Source of the DNA: Alkalispirochaeta sp.
GTDB taxonomy: Bacteria; Spirochaetota; Spirochaetia; DSM-27196; Alkalispirochaetaceae
DNA: 64,000 nt
Reading direction: 5' to 3'
Assembly (NCBI GenBank): GCA_965601925.1
Contig: OZ271854.1
Coordinates: 4,800,001 to 4,864,000, forward strand
The notes under the pieces were generated by a model. That model ran no database searches. It saw only the letters and a list, made by a program, of their open reading frames with translations, and was not told where the DNA came from. Every line of letters starts with the position of its first letter. The stretch's first letter is position 1. A program made the translations under genes and the position numbers. This document shows, piece by piece, positions 49,996 through 58,894 of this stretch.

Positions 49996-50480
49996 GGCGA
50001 GACGGGTTTGTGGTAGTGCCTCAGGAGGCGTTCTTTCTTACGCGCCGTCAGATAGTCGAGGAAGAGTACTCCTTCGATATGGTCGTATTCGTGCTGAATG
50101 ACCCGTGCAAGAATACCGTCGAAGTCGCGCCGATACTCCGTTCCACGCTCGTCCCACGCCTCGACGGTGATCTCCAATGGGCGACGAACGTCGGCGTAGA
50201 CGCCCGGAATACTGAGGCACCCCTCTTCGTAATCGCCCTCGTCGGGAGACGCCGCTACGATCCGCGGATTGATGAAGACGCGCGGCTCGTCGTCGGGAAC
50301 GTGGACGACGAACAGACGGCGAAGATACCCCACCTGCGGACCGGCGAGCCCGATGCCCTTTGCCTCGTGCATTACATCGACCATCTGCGAGGCGAGTTGT
50401 AAAAGCTCTCCGTCGATCGTCTCGACTGCGTCGGCAACGGTGGTCAGCCGTTCGTCGGGGTGGTACACGAGAGATATCAT
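49992..50480 (-). CDS. def: Peptide deformylase
   Basis: Motifs GIGLAGPQVG, EGCLSIP, QHEYDH. Confidence 0.97.
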   Translation of the reverse strand: MISLVYHPDERLTTVADAVETIDGELLQLASQMVDVMHEAKGIGLAGPQVGYLRRLFVVHVPDDEPRVFINPRIVAASPDEGDYEEGCLSIPGVYADVRRPLEITVEAWDERGTEYRRDFDGILARVIQHEYDHIEGVLFLDYLTARKKERLLRHYHKPVSP

Positions 50481-50493
50481 CGTCGTATTGTAC

Positions 50494-52464
50494 TTACAGG
50501 AGGTTCACCGGGTCTACATCTACCTCGATATGCACCCGGTACGACTCGACAAACTCCAGGAGGACGCCGCGTGTGACACGAGCGAGGGCGCCGGCGGAAG
50601 GCCCCCGTAGAAGCACCTGGTAGCGCCATTGATTGTTAATCTTTTCAAGCGGCGCCGGCGCCGGCCCGAGCACCTCTATGGCCGTGGTAGCGTCGGTTTC
50701 GCGACGCAACGAGGTGGCGATCGTCGCGGCACACGTCTCGGCGGAACCGCGACTGCGCGAACGCACGACGAGGCGCAACAGCCGCCCGAAGGGCGGGAAA
50801 CCCAACTCGCGGCGCACATCGATCTCGGCGCGGTAGAACGCATCTATCTCCATCCGCGCGGCGCGGCGAATCGCGTCATGCTCCGGGCGCAGCGTCTGCA
50901 CGATGACCTCGCCGTCGGACCGAAAGCGGCCGGCGCGGCCGGCTACCTGCACGATGAGGGCGAAGGTTCGTTCGGCCGAGCGAAAGTCGGGAAGACTCAA
51001 CCCCGTGTCGGCCATGACGATACCGACGGTGCGCACCCGCGGGAAATTGAGGCCCTTGGCCACCATCTGCGTACCCAACAGCACGTCCACCTCGCCCGAG
51101 GCGAACCGGTCGAGCACCTCCTTGAGCGCCCCGCGTCGCTTCGAGACGTCGGTATCGAGGCGCGCAACGCGTAACTGCGGCAACACACGCCCCATCTCCT
51201 CCTCGATCCGTTCCGTACCGAATCCGGTGTATCCGACGTCCAGAGAGCCGCAATCGGGACATATGCTCTGGGGTCGCGCACGGTAGCCGCAGTAGTGACA
51301 CACCATGCGGCCCTTACTCTTGTGCCACGTCATGGGTACCGAGCAATGCGGACACTCGGCCTGGTAACCGCAACTACGGCATTGAAAGACGCTTGCGAAC
51401 CCGCGACGGTTGAGAAAGAGAATGCTCTGTGCTCCCATATCCGCGGTCCGCCGGAGCGCATCGGCGAGGGGTTCGGAGATGAGCGAGGCCGAACCGCGCA
51501 CGTTATGTACCGCGATCGACGGCAGTGTGCCGCCGGAGAGGCGTTGCGTCAGCTCGAGGCGGCGTAGGCGCCCCGTTTCCATGAGGTGCCACGCTTCGAC
51601 CGACGGCGTCGCCGATCCCATGACGCAGGCGGCGCCCGACTGTATCGAACGGCGAAGGGCAACCTGCCGCGCATGGTATCGCGGCGCATTTCCCGCCTTG
51701 TAAGAGCTTTCGTGCTCCTCGTCGATTACCACTAACCCGAGGCTCCGCACGGGTGCGAAGACGGCGCTCCGGGCGCCGACCACCAGCCGCGCCTCGCCGC
51801 GTTGAGCTCGTCGCCATTCGCCGAGACGCTGTGCCGGGGTAAGACCGGAGTGCAGCATCGCCGCCGTGCTCCCGAAGCGCCGGGAAATATGTTCGAACAG
51901 TTGATGGGTCAGGGCGATTTCCGGAACGAGATATATGACGCTCTTCCCCTCCGTCAGCACCGCCTCGGCGGCGCGAAGAAAGACTTCGGTCTTGCCGCTT
52001 CCGGTAATACCGTACAGGTAGAACCACCGCTCCGCGTCGGACGGCTCTTCGGCGGTGATCGCCGCGAGCGCCTCCTCCTGCTCGACCGAGAGCCGAATCC
52101 GTTCAGGCGCAACCGCCGGCTCGTCGCCGGAGAGCTCGGGTAGCTCACGAGTACGACGCGCCCCGGGCAGCATCGCTTGGAGCACCTCGCCGAGGGAAGC
52201 GAGATAGGTCGCCGATATCCAACGCGCCAAATCGAGATACTCTTCGTCGAAGAGCGGCTGTTCGTCTATGACGCGCGAGATCTCTTTGAGTTGTGTCGGC
52301 GTGTCGCCGCGGTAGTCGGCGTCCACAACGACACCGGTGACCGTGCGTCGACCGAACGGCACGATCACGCGACAGCCCGCTTTAGGAGGCTCGGCGAGAT
52401 CGCCGACACGGTACGAAAAGAGGCGATCGATCGGGACCGGCACGGCCACCTGGACGATGGTCAT
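50494..52464 (-). CDS. priA: Primosomal protein N'
   Basis: Motifs GITGSGKTE, VPEIALT, DEEH, four CxxC, GTQMVAKG, QVAGRAGR. Confidence 0.96.
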   Translation of the reverse strand: MTIVQVAVPVPIDRLFSYRVGDLAEPPKAGCRVIVPFGRRTVTGVVVDADYRGDTPTQLKEISRVIDEQPLFDEEYLDLARWISATYLASLGEVLQAMLPGARRTRELPELSGDEPAVAPERIRLSVEQEEALAAITAEEPSDAERWFYLYGITGSGKTEVFLRAAEAVLTEGKSVIYLVPEIALTHQLFEHISRRFGSTAAMLHSGLTPAQRLGEWRRAQRGEARLVVGARSAVFAPVRSLGLVVIDEEHESSYKAGNAPRYHARQVALRRSIQSGAACVMGSATPSVEAWHLMETGRLRRLELTQRLSGGTLPSIAVHNVRGSASLISEPLADALRRTADMGAQSILFLNRRGFASVFQCRSCGYQAECPHCSVPMTWHKSKGRMVCHYCGYRARPQSICPDCGSLDVGYTGFGTERIEEEMGRVLPQLRVARLDTDVSKRRGALKEVLDRFASGEVDVLLGTQMVAKGLNFPRVRTVGIVMADTGLSLPDFRSAERTFALIVQVAGRAGRFRSDGEVIVQTLRPEHDAIRRAARMEIDAFYRAEIDVRRELGFPPFGRLLRLVVRSRSRGSAETCAATIATSLRRETDATTAIEVLGPAPAPLEKINNQWRYQVLLRGPSAGALARVTRGVLLEFVESYRVHIEVDVDPVNLL

Positions 52465-53297
52465 TCGCCGGGATGCTCCGGCGCGCGGTGCTGTGCGTTA
52501 TCCACGAGCCAGTTGCGTACTCGCTTCAAATCCTCCCACACGGGCCGACGCCAATCGGGATTGCGGAGCACTGCGGCCGGATGAAAGGTGGGAATGAGCG
52601 GCAGGCCGCGATGACGAAAAAAACTCCCGTGAATCCTGGTGATGCCCTCCGAGGAGCCGGTGAGAAGACGCGTGCTGATCCTCCCGACGGTCACGATGAG
52701 CCGCGGGCGAACTAACGCGAGCTGCTCGTCGAGGTAGGGCGCGCACGCGTCGCTCTCTTGCGGCTTCGGATCGCGATTGTTGGGAGGACGACATTTGACG
52801 ATGTTGGCGATAAAGACGTTGGTCTCCCGCGAGAGCCCGATCGAGGCCAACCACTTATCGAGGTACTGCCCGGCCTTTCCGACGAACGGCACGCCCCGTT
52901 GATCCTCCTGAAAACCGGGCCCTTCGCCGACGATCATCACCAGCGGATCTACCACACCGATTCCCGGTACGGCGTTGGTTCGTCCGAGAGCGAGCGGGCA
53001 GAGACGACAGGCGCGGATCGTGTCCGCCAGCGCGGCCAAGCGCGCACTCCGCTCGTCGGCCGACAGATCGGCGTATGTATCGAGTCGGTCCGCCGGCGCT
53101 GAGGACTCGGCAAATGAGCGCGCCGCGCCCTCTACGGACCGCTCATCGGACGGTGCGATCCGCGCGTGATGCGACGTTTCCGGGTCGCTCTCCGCGGATT
53201 CCTCGTCGGACCTGGTGGCCTCTCGAGCGCTGACCAACAACTCCTCCGCTCGAGCGAGAATATCGTGTAACCGCGTAAATGCATCGGTTCGATTCAT
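52461..53297 (-). CDS. Uracil-DNA glycosylase, family 4
   Basis: Motifs CRLCPL, GEGPG..ED..G.PFVG, KCRPP.NR.P, FHPAA. ATG 53297 overlaps the truA stop. Confidence 0.93.
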   Translation of the reverse strand: MNRTDAFTRLHDILARAEELLVSAREATRSDEESAESDPETSHHARIAPSDERSVEGAARSFAESSAPADRLDTYADLSADERSARLAALADTIRACRLCPLALGRTNAVPGIGVVDPLVMIVGEGPGFQEDQRGVPFVGKAGQYLDKWLASIGLSRETNVFIANIVKCRPPNNRDPKPQESDACAPYLDEQLALVRPRLIVTVGRISTRLLTGSSEGITRIHGSFFRHRGLPLIPTFHPAAVLRNPDWRRPVWEDLKRVRNWLVDNAQHRAPEHPGE

Positions 53298-54049
53298 AAC
53301 TCGTACTCCACATCGTGAAAAAAAAGTCCCCAGGCAGGGGCCGTAGCACCCGTCGCGGCGCGCTCCCGACGATTCAGGAGTTCCGACATGGACGACTCCG
53401 GTAACGTTCCGTGTAGCCGAGCGCGTTCGCGCTCCACCAACGTCCCGATGATCGTGCGCACCATGCGCCACAAAAAGCCGTCTGCGCCGATAGAAAACTC
53501 CAGCCGACTCCCGTAGCGGCGCATATCGGCGTATAGCACGCGACGCACCATCTTGTCGCCCTCCTCGCGACGCGATGCGAAACTCGAAAAATCGTGTTCT
53601 CCCACGAGCGAAGCGGCGTCGCGGTTGATCCGTGCAACCTCGGGCATCTCGGGAACACGCCACGCATAGCGCCTGAGATGGGGAAGCTGTACTCCACCGA
53701 CGGCCAGATAGTAACGATAGTGGCGACTCCGGGCGTCAAATCGGGCGTGAAATCCGTCGTACACCTCCCGGGCGGCCAATACGCGCACGTCGTGGGGAAG
53801 TCGGCTGTTAATCGCGTGGGCCATTCGATCGACGGGAATACCGTCGCGATCGGTCACGAAGGATATGTGCTGGCCGACGGCGTGGACACCCGAATCGGTA
53901 CGCCCCGCGGCGATTGTCGCAACGGGGTGATCGTGAAGCTCCTCGAGCGCCGTCTCTACCACGCCTTGAACCGTCCGCTGCCCGTTTTGTATCTGGTAGC
54001 CGCAAAAATCGGTTCCGTCGTAGGCGACGCGTGCCAGGATCGTCCGCAT
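53294..54049 (-). CDS. truA: tRNA pseudouridine(38-40) synthase
   Basis: Motifs AYDGTDFCGYQ, AGRTDSGVHA, FHARF, GEHDFSSF, FLWRMVR. Confidence 0.95.
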   Translation of the reverse strand: MRTILARVAYDGTDFCGYQIQNGQRTVQGVVETALEELHDHPVATIAAGRTDSGVHAVGQHISFVTDRDGIPVDRMAHAINSRLPHDVRVLAAREVYDGFHARFDARSRHYRYYLAVGGVQLPHLRRYAWRVPEMPEVARINRDAASLVGEHDFSSFASRREEGDKMVRRVLYADMRRYGSRLEFSIGADGFLWRMVRTIIGTLVERERARLHGTLPESSMSELLNRRERAATGATAPAWGLFFHDVEYEL

Positions 54050-54912
54050 TACGTCTCCACGTCGTCCGCGGAGACCCCCAGCTCCTTCGAAATCGCCTCG
54101 TATACCTCGCGTGCATTGTCCAGGATCGCCGCCGGCTTGTTCTTGCTCGCCTTTCCCATGCCGAAGATCCGCGCAACGGTACGCTTGGCGCGTTCCAACG
54201 CGTGGCGTCGCATCTCGGGATTGGAACGGGGTCCGTGCTCGTGCTCCAACAGTCCGGAGATATACAGCACCCCATCGTATCCGTAGTTCTTGTCGATATC
54301 GGGGCCGAGATGGGCGGCGCCGCTCAACGGTTCGCTGCCGTCCTGTTCTCCCTCGACCGCACACGAGTAGTAGAAACGCGCCTTGCGGTAGAAGACCGCC
54401 GCCAAATAGTCGAAGTTCTCGGTGGGATGCTTGCGATGAAGATCGTTACACAACCACGCGGCGCGAAGTTGGCTCAACCCCGCTTTGAAGGTCGGCGAAA
54501 AGTGCTTGGGAAAGTGCTCGTAACACAGCGTTGCCGAGACGTAACTCGCTATGCCCTCTTCCAGACTTCTCGGGGTCGTGAAGTCCAGAGCGGGAAAGAG
54601 CTCGGTCAGCATCCCGTGTCGCATATCGCGCTCGTTGAGAAGCGCCTCGCGCCGATTTTCGGGTACTTCCAGGAAATCACCGCTGTATGCGCCGTAGAGA
54701 CAATGGGGACACACGGTCACCGGGTAGAGAAGCGGATAGACCTCTCCGAACTGCTTCGACGCCTCGTAATGGCGCCTGAGCTCGCGCGTAAGATTTCCCG
54801 CGATCTGGCGCCCCCGTCCGGTGCGCATCTCCTCGCGAAAGACCTTCTCCTCGCATACCGGACACTCGATCGGTGTCTTGGAAAAGAACGTCAGTGATGC
54901 CGTCGCCGCCAT
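54049..54912 (-). CDS. DUF2225-like zinc-ribbon/helical-repeat protein
   Basis: CPVC ... YPVTVCPHCLY motifs followed by LRAAWL helices. Confidence 0.75.
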   Translation of the reverse strand: MAATASLTFFSKTPIECPVCEEKVFREEMRTGRGRQIAGNLTRELRRHYEASKQFGEVYPLLYPVTVCPHCLYGAYSGDFLEVPENRREALLNERDMRHGMLTELFPALDFTTPRSLEEGIASYVSATLCYEHFPKHFSPTFKAGLSQLRAAWLCNDLHRKHPTENFDYLAAVFYRKARFYYSCAVEGEQDGSEPLSGAAHLGPDIDKNYGYDGVLYISGLLEHEHGPRSNPEMRRHALERAKRTVARIFGMGKASKNKPAAILDNAREVYEAISKELGVSADDVET

Positions 54913-54919
54913 CGTACCC

Positions 54920-55291
54920 CTACCCTTCTATCACCACCATGGCGATTGCGTGGTGTTGTTCGTGCGTTAGGGAGAGCCACAATCGTCGCCCCCCGATGCG
55001 CGCAAGCGCCGCCGCCGCGGAACCGCTTACGTGCAACTCCGGTTTTCCCAGCGCGTCGTTGACGACCCATACGTCGCGTAAGGCAAACCCGCGAAATCCC
55101 GTACCCAGCGCCTTTGCAAACGCCTCTTTGGCGGCAAAACGCGCGGCGAGGGAGAGTACCGCTCCGTCGCGGCGCTGATAGATCGCATCGCGTTCCCGAT
55201 CGTCGAAATAGCGATGGAGAAGTGCCTCGTCCTCGAGCCAGTGGCTCATGCGATCGACGGCCACCACGTCGACGCCGATACCGCAGATCAC
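54920..55291 (-). CDS. acpS: Holo-ACP synthase
   Basis: Motifs GIGVDVV, ARFAAKEAFAKALGTG, GKP, SLTHE. Confidence 0.96.
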   Translation of the reverse strand: MICGIGVDVVAVDRMSHWLEDEALLHRYFDDRERDAIYQRRDGAVLSLAARFAAKEAFAKALGTGFRGFALRDVWVVNDALGKPELHVSGSAAAALARIGGRRLWLSLTHEQHHAIAMVVIEG

Positions 55292-56232
55292 CGCTCCTCC
55301 TCGATAAGGAGCTGCACCGACGTCGGCTCGTAGCGCAACACGACAAAATCCGGGGGAACGATCGGCCGCACCGGCAGACGCAACTGGCCTCTGCCGTCGA
55401 TACCCGATGCGTCGACGGACAACTGCATATCGCCGGGGCTGACCTCCTCGATGTCGATTTGGCGCGCCTGCACGCGAATCAGTCCGGGCGGCAGGTTCTG
55501 TCCCAGGCGAAAGGCGGGGTCCAGGCCCGTTACGACCAGTTCCACCGGCTCGAAGGTTTGGAGCACGACCGCCTCCTCGATTCGGCCGCGAACCTCGACG
55601 ATATCGCCGCCCGGGAAGCGAACCAACGGATCGGGACGCACGAGTCGGACGCGCTCGGTGAACGTCTCCCGGCGCGTCGAGAGGTCGACGTCCTCGGTGC
55701 GCACCTGCTCGATATTCTCCAGACGACTCCGCGGCCCTTCGACCTCCACCAACGATGGGGTCATCAACAGCTGCGTCAGTTCGTAGCCGGTTGGCGGAAA
55801 GCTGCTCGTGCTCGGCACAACCTCAAGACTCTTGAGCAGATTCTCCTCGAGCGTAACGAGGATGGAGTCGGGCTCGGCGGTCACTTCCAGTGCATCGGCC
55901 TCCGCCGCCGCACCGCTGCGATCGATCTGCACCAACGCGCGATACTCGCCCTCTGCGTCAAAGGGGCGAAAGTTGACCCACGCCCGAAGGTCTTCCTCCA
56001 AAACGCGAAAGACCTCCTCCGATTCGCCGCGCAGACGTAAACGGACTTGGCGCGGATATGCCGATCCCGGCACCAGATCGCCGTTCAATGCCAACTCGAG
56101 CGGGACGGTAAGAAAGCGCTCCTCCAGACGGGTGATGTCGTGAAAGACTAACAGGAAGAGCGCTACGGCAAACGAGAGGATCTTCGCGGGCCAATTGCGA
56201 AATATGCGTCGGAGGATTCTATCAATCTGCAA
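55288..56232 (-). CDS. cdaR: YbbR-domain c-di-AMP regulator CdaR
   Basis: NWPAKILSFAVALFL TM and YbbR-like beta repeats (PSLVEVEGP); directly downstream of cdaA. Confidence 0.85.
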   Translation of the reverse strand: MQIDRILRRIFRNWPAKILSFAVALFLLVFHDITRLEERFLTVPLELALNGDLVPGSAYPRQVRLRLRGESEEVFRVLEEDLRAWVNFRPFDAEGEYRALVQIDRSGAAAEADALEVTAEPDSILVTLEENLLKSLEVVPSTSSFPPTGYELTQLLMTPSLVEVEGPRSRLENIEQVRTEDVDLSTRRETFTERVRLVRPDPLVRFPGGDIVEVRGRIEEAVVLQTFEPVELVVTGLDPAFRLGQNLPPGLIRVQARQIDIEEVSPGDMQLSVDASGIDGRGQLRLPVRPIVPPDFVVLRYEPTSVQLLIEEER

Positions 56233-57034
56233 GTTCGGCGACCTCCTCCTTACGTTCGACGGCCTCGCGTCCGCCGACGTTCAAGACCTCGGCCAGCGTA
56301 TCGCGCGTCTCCTCGCTACTCAAGTCATAGTATAGATTCGCATCGTACGCCAAACTCAGCGCACCGGTCTCCTCGCTCACTACCAGCACCACGGCGTCAC
56401 TCTCCTCCGCAAGGCCCAGGGCGGCACGATGGCGCGTACCGAAACTACGCCGGACGTCCATCTGTTCCGAAAGGGGCAGAAAACATCCCGCGGAGACGAC
56501 ACGCCCGTTCTCCACGACGACCGCTCCGTCGTGAAGTTCAGTGTCGTAGGCGAAGATCGTCAGCAGCAGCGCGGCGCTGACCTCGGCGTCCAGGAGCGTG
56601 CCCGTCTCGATGATGTTCTTTTGGCCGACGGTGCGAGTGAAGACGATCAGCGCCCCCCTTCGCCGGTACGACAGCACCTCAACGGCCCCGATCACCGCGT
56701 CCAACTGTTGGGGGCGCGCCCCGGAATGAGCGTGCAGCCACGTTCCCTGGCCGATGCGAGTGAAGATTTTACGCAGCTCGGGCTGAAAGATAATCGCGAT
56801 ACCGATGACGAAGCTTGGTGCGAGAAGGTTAATGAGCCACAACAGCGTCCGCAGCGAGAGGAGGAGCGAGACGGCGTACAATACGCCCAGAAAGAGCGCG
56901 CCGCGCACGAGTTGGACCGCACGCGTCTGCACGAGAATCTGATATCCACGATAAATGAGGTAGCTGAGAAGAAGTACGTCCAGCGCGGGCAGAATGATTA
57001 CCCGAACGACCCAGATATCCTGTAGCGCTCCCAT
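56222..57034 (-). CDS. cdaA: Diadenylate cyclase CdaA (DacA)
   Basis: Three TMs, FQPELRK, LHDGA, GTRHRAA, VSEETG. Confidence 0.95.
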   Translation of the reverse strand: MGALQDIWVVRVIILPALDVLLLSYLIYRGYQILVQTRAVQLVRGALFLGVLYAVSLLLSLRTLLWLINLLAPSFVIGIAIIFQPELRKIFTRIGQGTWLHAHSGARPQQLDAVIGAVEVLSYRRRGALIVFTRTVGQKNIIETGTLLDAEVSAALLLTIFAYDTELHDGAVVVENGRVVSAGCFLPLSEQMDVRRSFGTRHRAALGLAEESDAVVLVVSEETGALSLAYDANLYYDLSSEETRDTLAEVLNVGGREAVERKEEVAELAD

Positions 57035-57108
57035 TTAGCGCCCATTGTATACAGAGAACCGCCTCGTGTGACACCTCTACGCGATAAAATCGGGGGGCAA
57101 GAAGGACG

Positions 57109-57319
57109 CATGGATGCCGAGCATCCATGTGGGGCGAAAAAGACTCATGGATGCCGGGCATCCATGTGGGGCAAAAAAGACTCATGGATGCCGGGCATCC
57201 ATGTGGGGCAAAAAAGACTCATGGATGCCGGGCATCCATGTGGGGCAAAAAAGACTCATGGATGCCGGGCATCCATGTGGGGCAAAAAAGACTCATGGAT
57301 GCCGGGCATCCATGTGGGG
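57109..57319. repeat. 37-bp tandem repeat with an internal palindrome, six hairpin copies
   Basis: Unit CATGGATGC-CGG-GCATCCATG-TGGGGCAAAAAAGACT starts at 57109, 57146, 57183, 57220, 57257 and 57294. Copies 2-5 are identical. Confidence 0.97.
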
Positions 57320-57322
57320 AGC

Positions 57323-57361
57323 AAAAAAAAGAATCACGGATGCCGGCGGCATCCGTGATTC
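57323..57361 (-). terminator. Rho-independent terminator after the bS22-like gene
   Basis: 14-bp perfect stem GAATCACGGATGCC/GGCATCCGTGATTC with a 3-nt loop, followed by T8 on the minus strand. Confidence 0.88.
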
Positions 57362-57397
57362 GATACGGATCGGGCGCCGCGTATGCGGCGCGTACTA

Positions 57398-57493
57398 TTA
57401 GCGATTTCGCTTTTTGTGTCGATTCTTTCGAAGTTTTTTCTTACGCTTGTGAGTAGCGATTTTTTTTCGCTTACGCTTTCTTCCGCAGGGCAC
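57398..57493 (-). CDS. Small basic ribosomal protein, bS22-like (AURKAIP1/COX24/mS38 domain)
   Basis: Manual translation MPCGRKRKRKKIATHKRKKKLRKNRHKKRNR* (31 aa). GTG start after AAAAGGAGA, double stop TAA TAG, own terminator. Confidence 0.88.
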   Translation of the reverse strand: MPCGRKRKRKKIATHKRKKKLRKNRHKKRNR

Positions 57494-57564
57494 TGAACTA
57501 TCTCCTTTTATCAAGCTGCCGTTACGATCCAAGTATCCGTAAATGAGCCGGTAGTATGAACGCC

Positions 57565-58497
57565 TCACCGACTCCTGTCAAGGACCGCCTCGCACGCGGC
57601 GTCCGCGTCGGCGTGGATCCACGTTACGCCGGGAAGACGACGAAAGAAGGTCTCCTGGCGTTTTGCGTAACGCCGGGAGTTCCGCGCGATCTCGTTCCGT
57701 ATGCGCTCCAGAGAAGCGACGCTCCACGGCGGCGCCCCCCCTACGGAGAAAAACTCGCGATACCCGATGGTGCGCATTCCCGCATCCGCGGCGGTGTAGC
57801 CGCGGCGCACCAACGACTCAACCTCTCGCGGCAGTCCAACATCGAACATCGCATCGACGCGCTCGTCGATACGACGGTACAGCTCGTCGCGCTCGCGGTA
57901 GAGACCTACGGCAACGACCTCCCGATCGCTCCGCGGCGTTTGCGGTACGGCGTACTCCGAAAGGGGGCGGCCCGCGGTGTAGTACACCTCCAGCGCGCGA
58001 AGTACGCGGTAGCGGTCGTTTGCAGCGATACGTTCGTCGCTCGCCGGATCGACGCGCCGCAACTCGTCTCTCAGGGCGTCGAGACCTTCTCGGACGAGCC
58101 GCTCGGCGAGGTGCGCCCTCAACGTCGGCGGCGTCGGCGGTGTCCGGGGCAACCCGAATAGATACCCCCGCACGTAAAACGCGGTACCGCCGGAGATGAT
58201 TGCACGCTTTCCCCTCCCTTCGATCTCCGGCACGAGACGATCGCACTCGGCCACGAATCGTCCGACGTCCCATGACTCATCGGGGTCGATGACGTCGATG
58301 AGATGGTGGCGAATGCGTCGGAGAACGGCGGGCGACGGTTTCGCGGTACCGATATCCATCGATCGGTACACTTGGCGCGAGTCGGCGGAGATAATCTCAA
58401 ACGGCGGAGGTTCGCGCGTTACATCGTCGCCGGCGGCGGCCGTCAAAAGCCGCGACTTTCCAACGCCGGTAGCGCCGAAGAGGAGAAGAACGGACAT
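57565..58497 (-). CDS. miaA: tRNA dimethylallyltransferase
   Basis: Motifs GATGVGKS, ISADSRQVY..MDIGTAKP, GGTAFY, RVLRALEV, YAKRQ. Confidence 0.95.
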   Translation of the reverse strand: MSVLLLFGATGVGKSRLLTAAAGDDVTREPPPFEIISADSRQVYRSMDIGTAKPSPAVLRRIRHHLIDVIDPDESWDVGRFVAECDRLVPEIEGRGKRAIISGGTAFYVRGYLFGLPRTPPTPPTLRAHLAERLVREGLDALRDELRRVDPASDERIAANDRYRVLRALEVYYTAGRPLSEYAVPQTPRSDREVVAVGLYRERDELYRRIDERVDAMFDVGLPREVESLVRRGYTAADAGMRTIGYREFFSVGGAPPWSVASLERIRNEIARNSRRYAKRQETFFRRLPGVTWIHADADAACEAVLDRSR

Positions 58498-58557
58498 GTG
58501 TGTTGATGGTATCGCAGTGGTCCGGAGGGAGCAATGCGAGCGCCGGAGCGACGCTCG

Positions 58558-58773
58558 TTACCCTTCGGTTATTTCAAAGTGAATTTCGCGGTCCAAAACC
58601 TCACCGATTGCCTGAGAGACGACCTTCTCACCGTCTTCATTAACGCTACCGTGTTCGTCGGAGCTGAACGCGCGACGAATCTCGCCGACCTGATGAGCCC
58701 TGCGGATGATAGCCGAGGTGAGCTCATAGATATTGCGGTCGTCGGCCAGTAGTTTATCAAGCGGTATCGCCAT
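58558..58773 (-). CDS. rpoZ: RNA polymerase omega subunit (spirochaete-type)
   Basis: 71 aa; NIYELTSAIIRRAHQ...KVVSQAIGEV pattern; GGAGG SD before ATG 58773. Confidence 0.72.
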   Translation of the reverse strand: MAIPLDKLLADDRNIYELTSAIIRRAHQVGEIRRAFSSDEHGSVNEDGEKVVSQAIGEVLDREIHFEITEG

Positions 58774-58894
58774 GTATCCTCCAATCCGCCTAACATAACA
58801 CACACATCGGGGCGTATTCAAGGCGGTTCGTGCCGATCGAGCTTGACGAAGTGAGGTCGTTTATTAAACATTCAGCGCGAAAGGAACAGATGGC

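Noticed and set aside
57109..57361. CRISPR array
   Set aside because: The 16-nt linkers between palindromes are identical rather than unique spacers, the 37-bp period is too short for repeat plus spacer, and there are no cas genes in the window.
57068..57456. Three overlapping plus-strand ORFs with repeated peptides
   Set aside because: Artefacts of a stop-free 37-bp repeat cycling through all three frames; they are antisense to the real genes.
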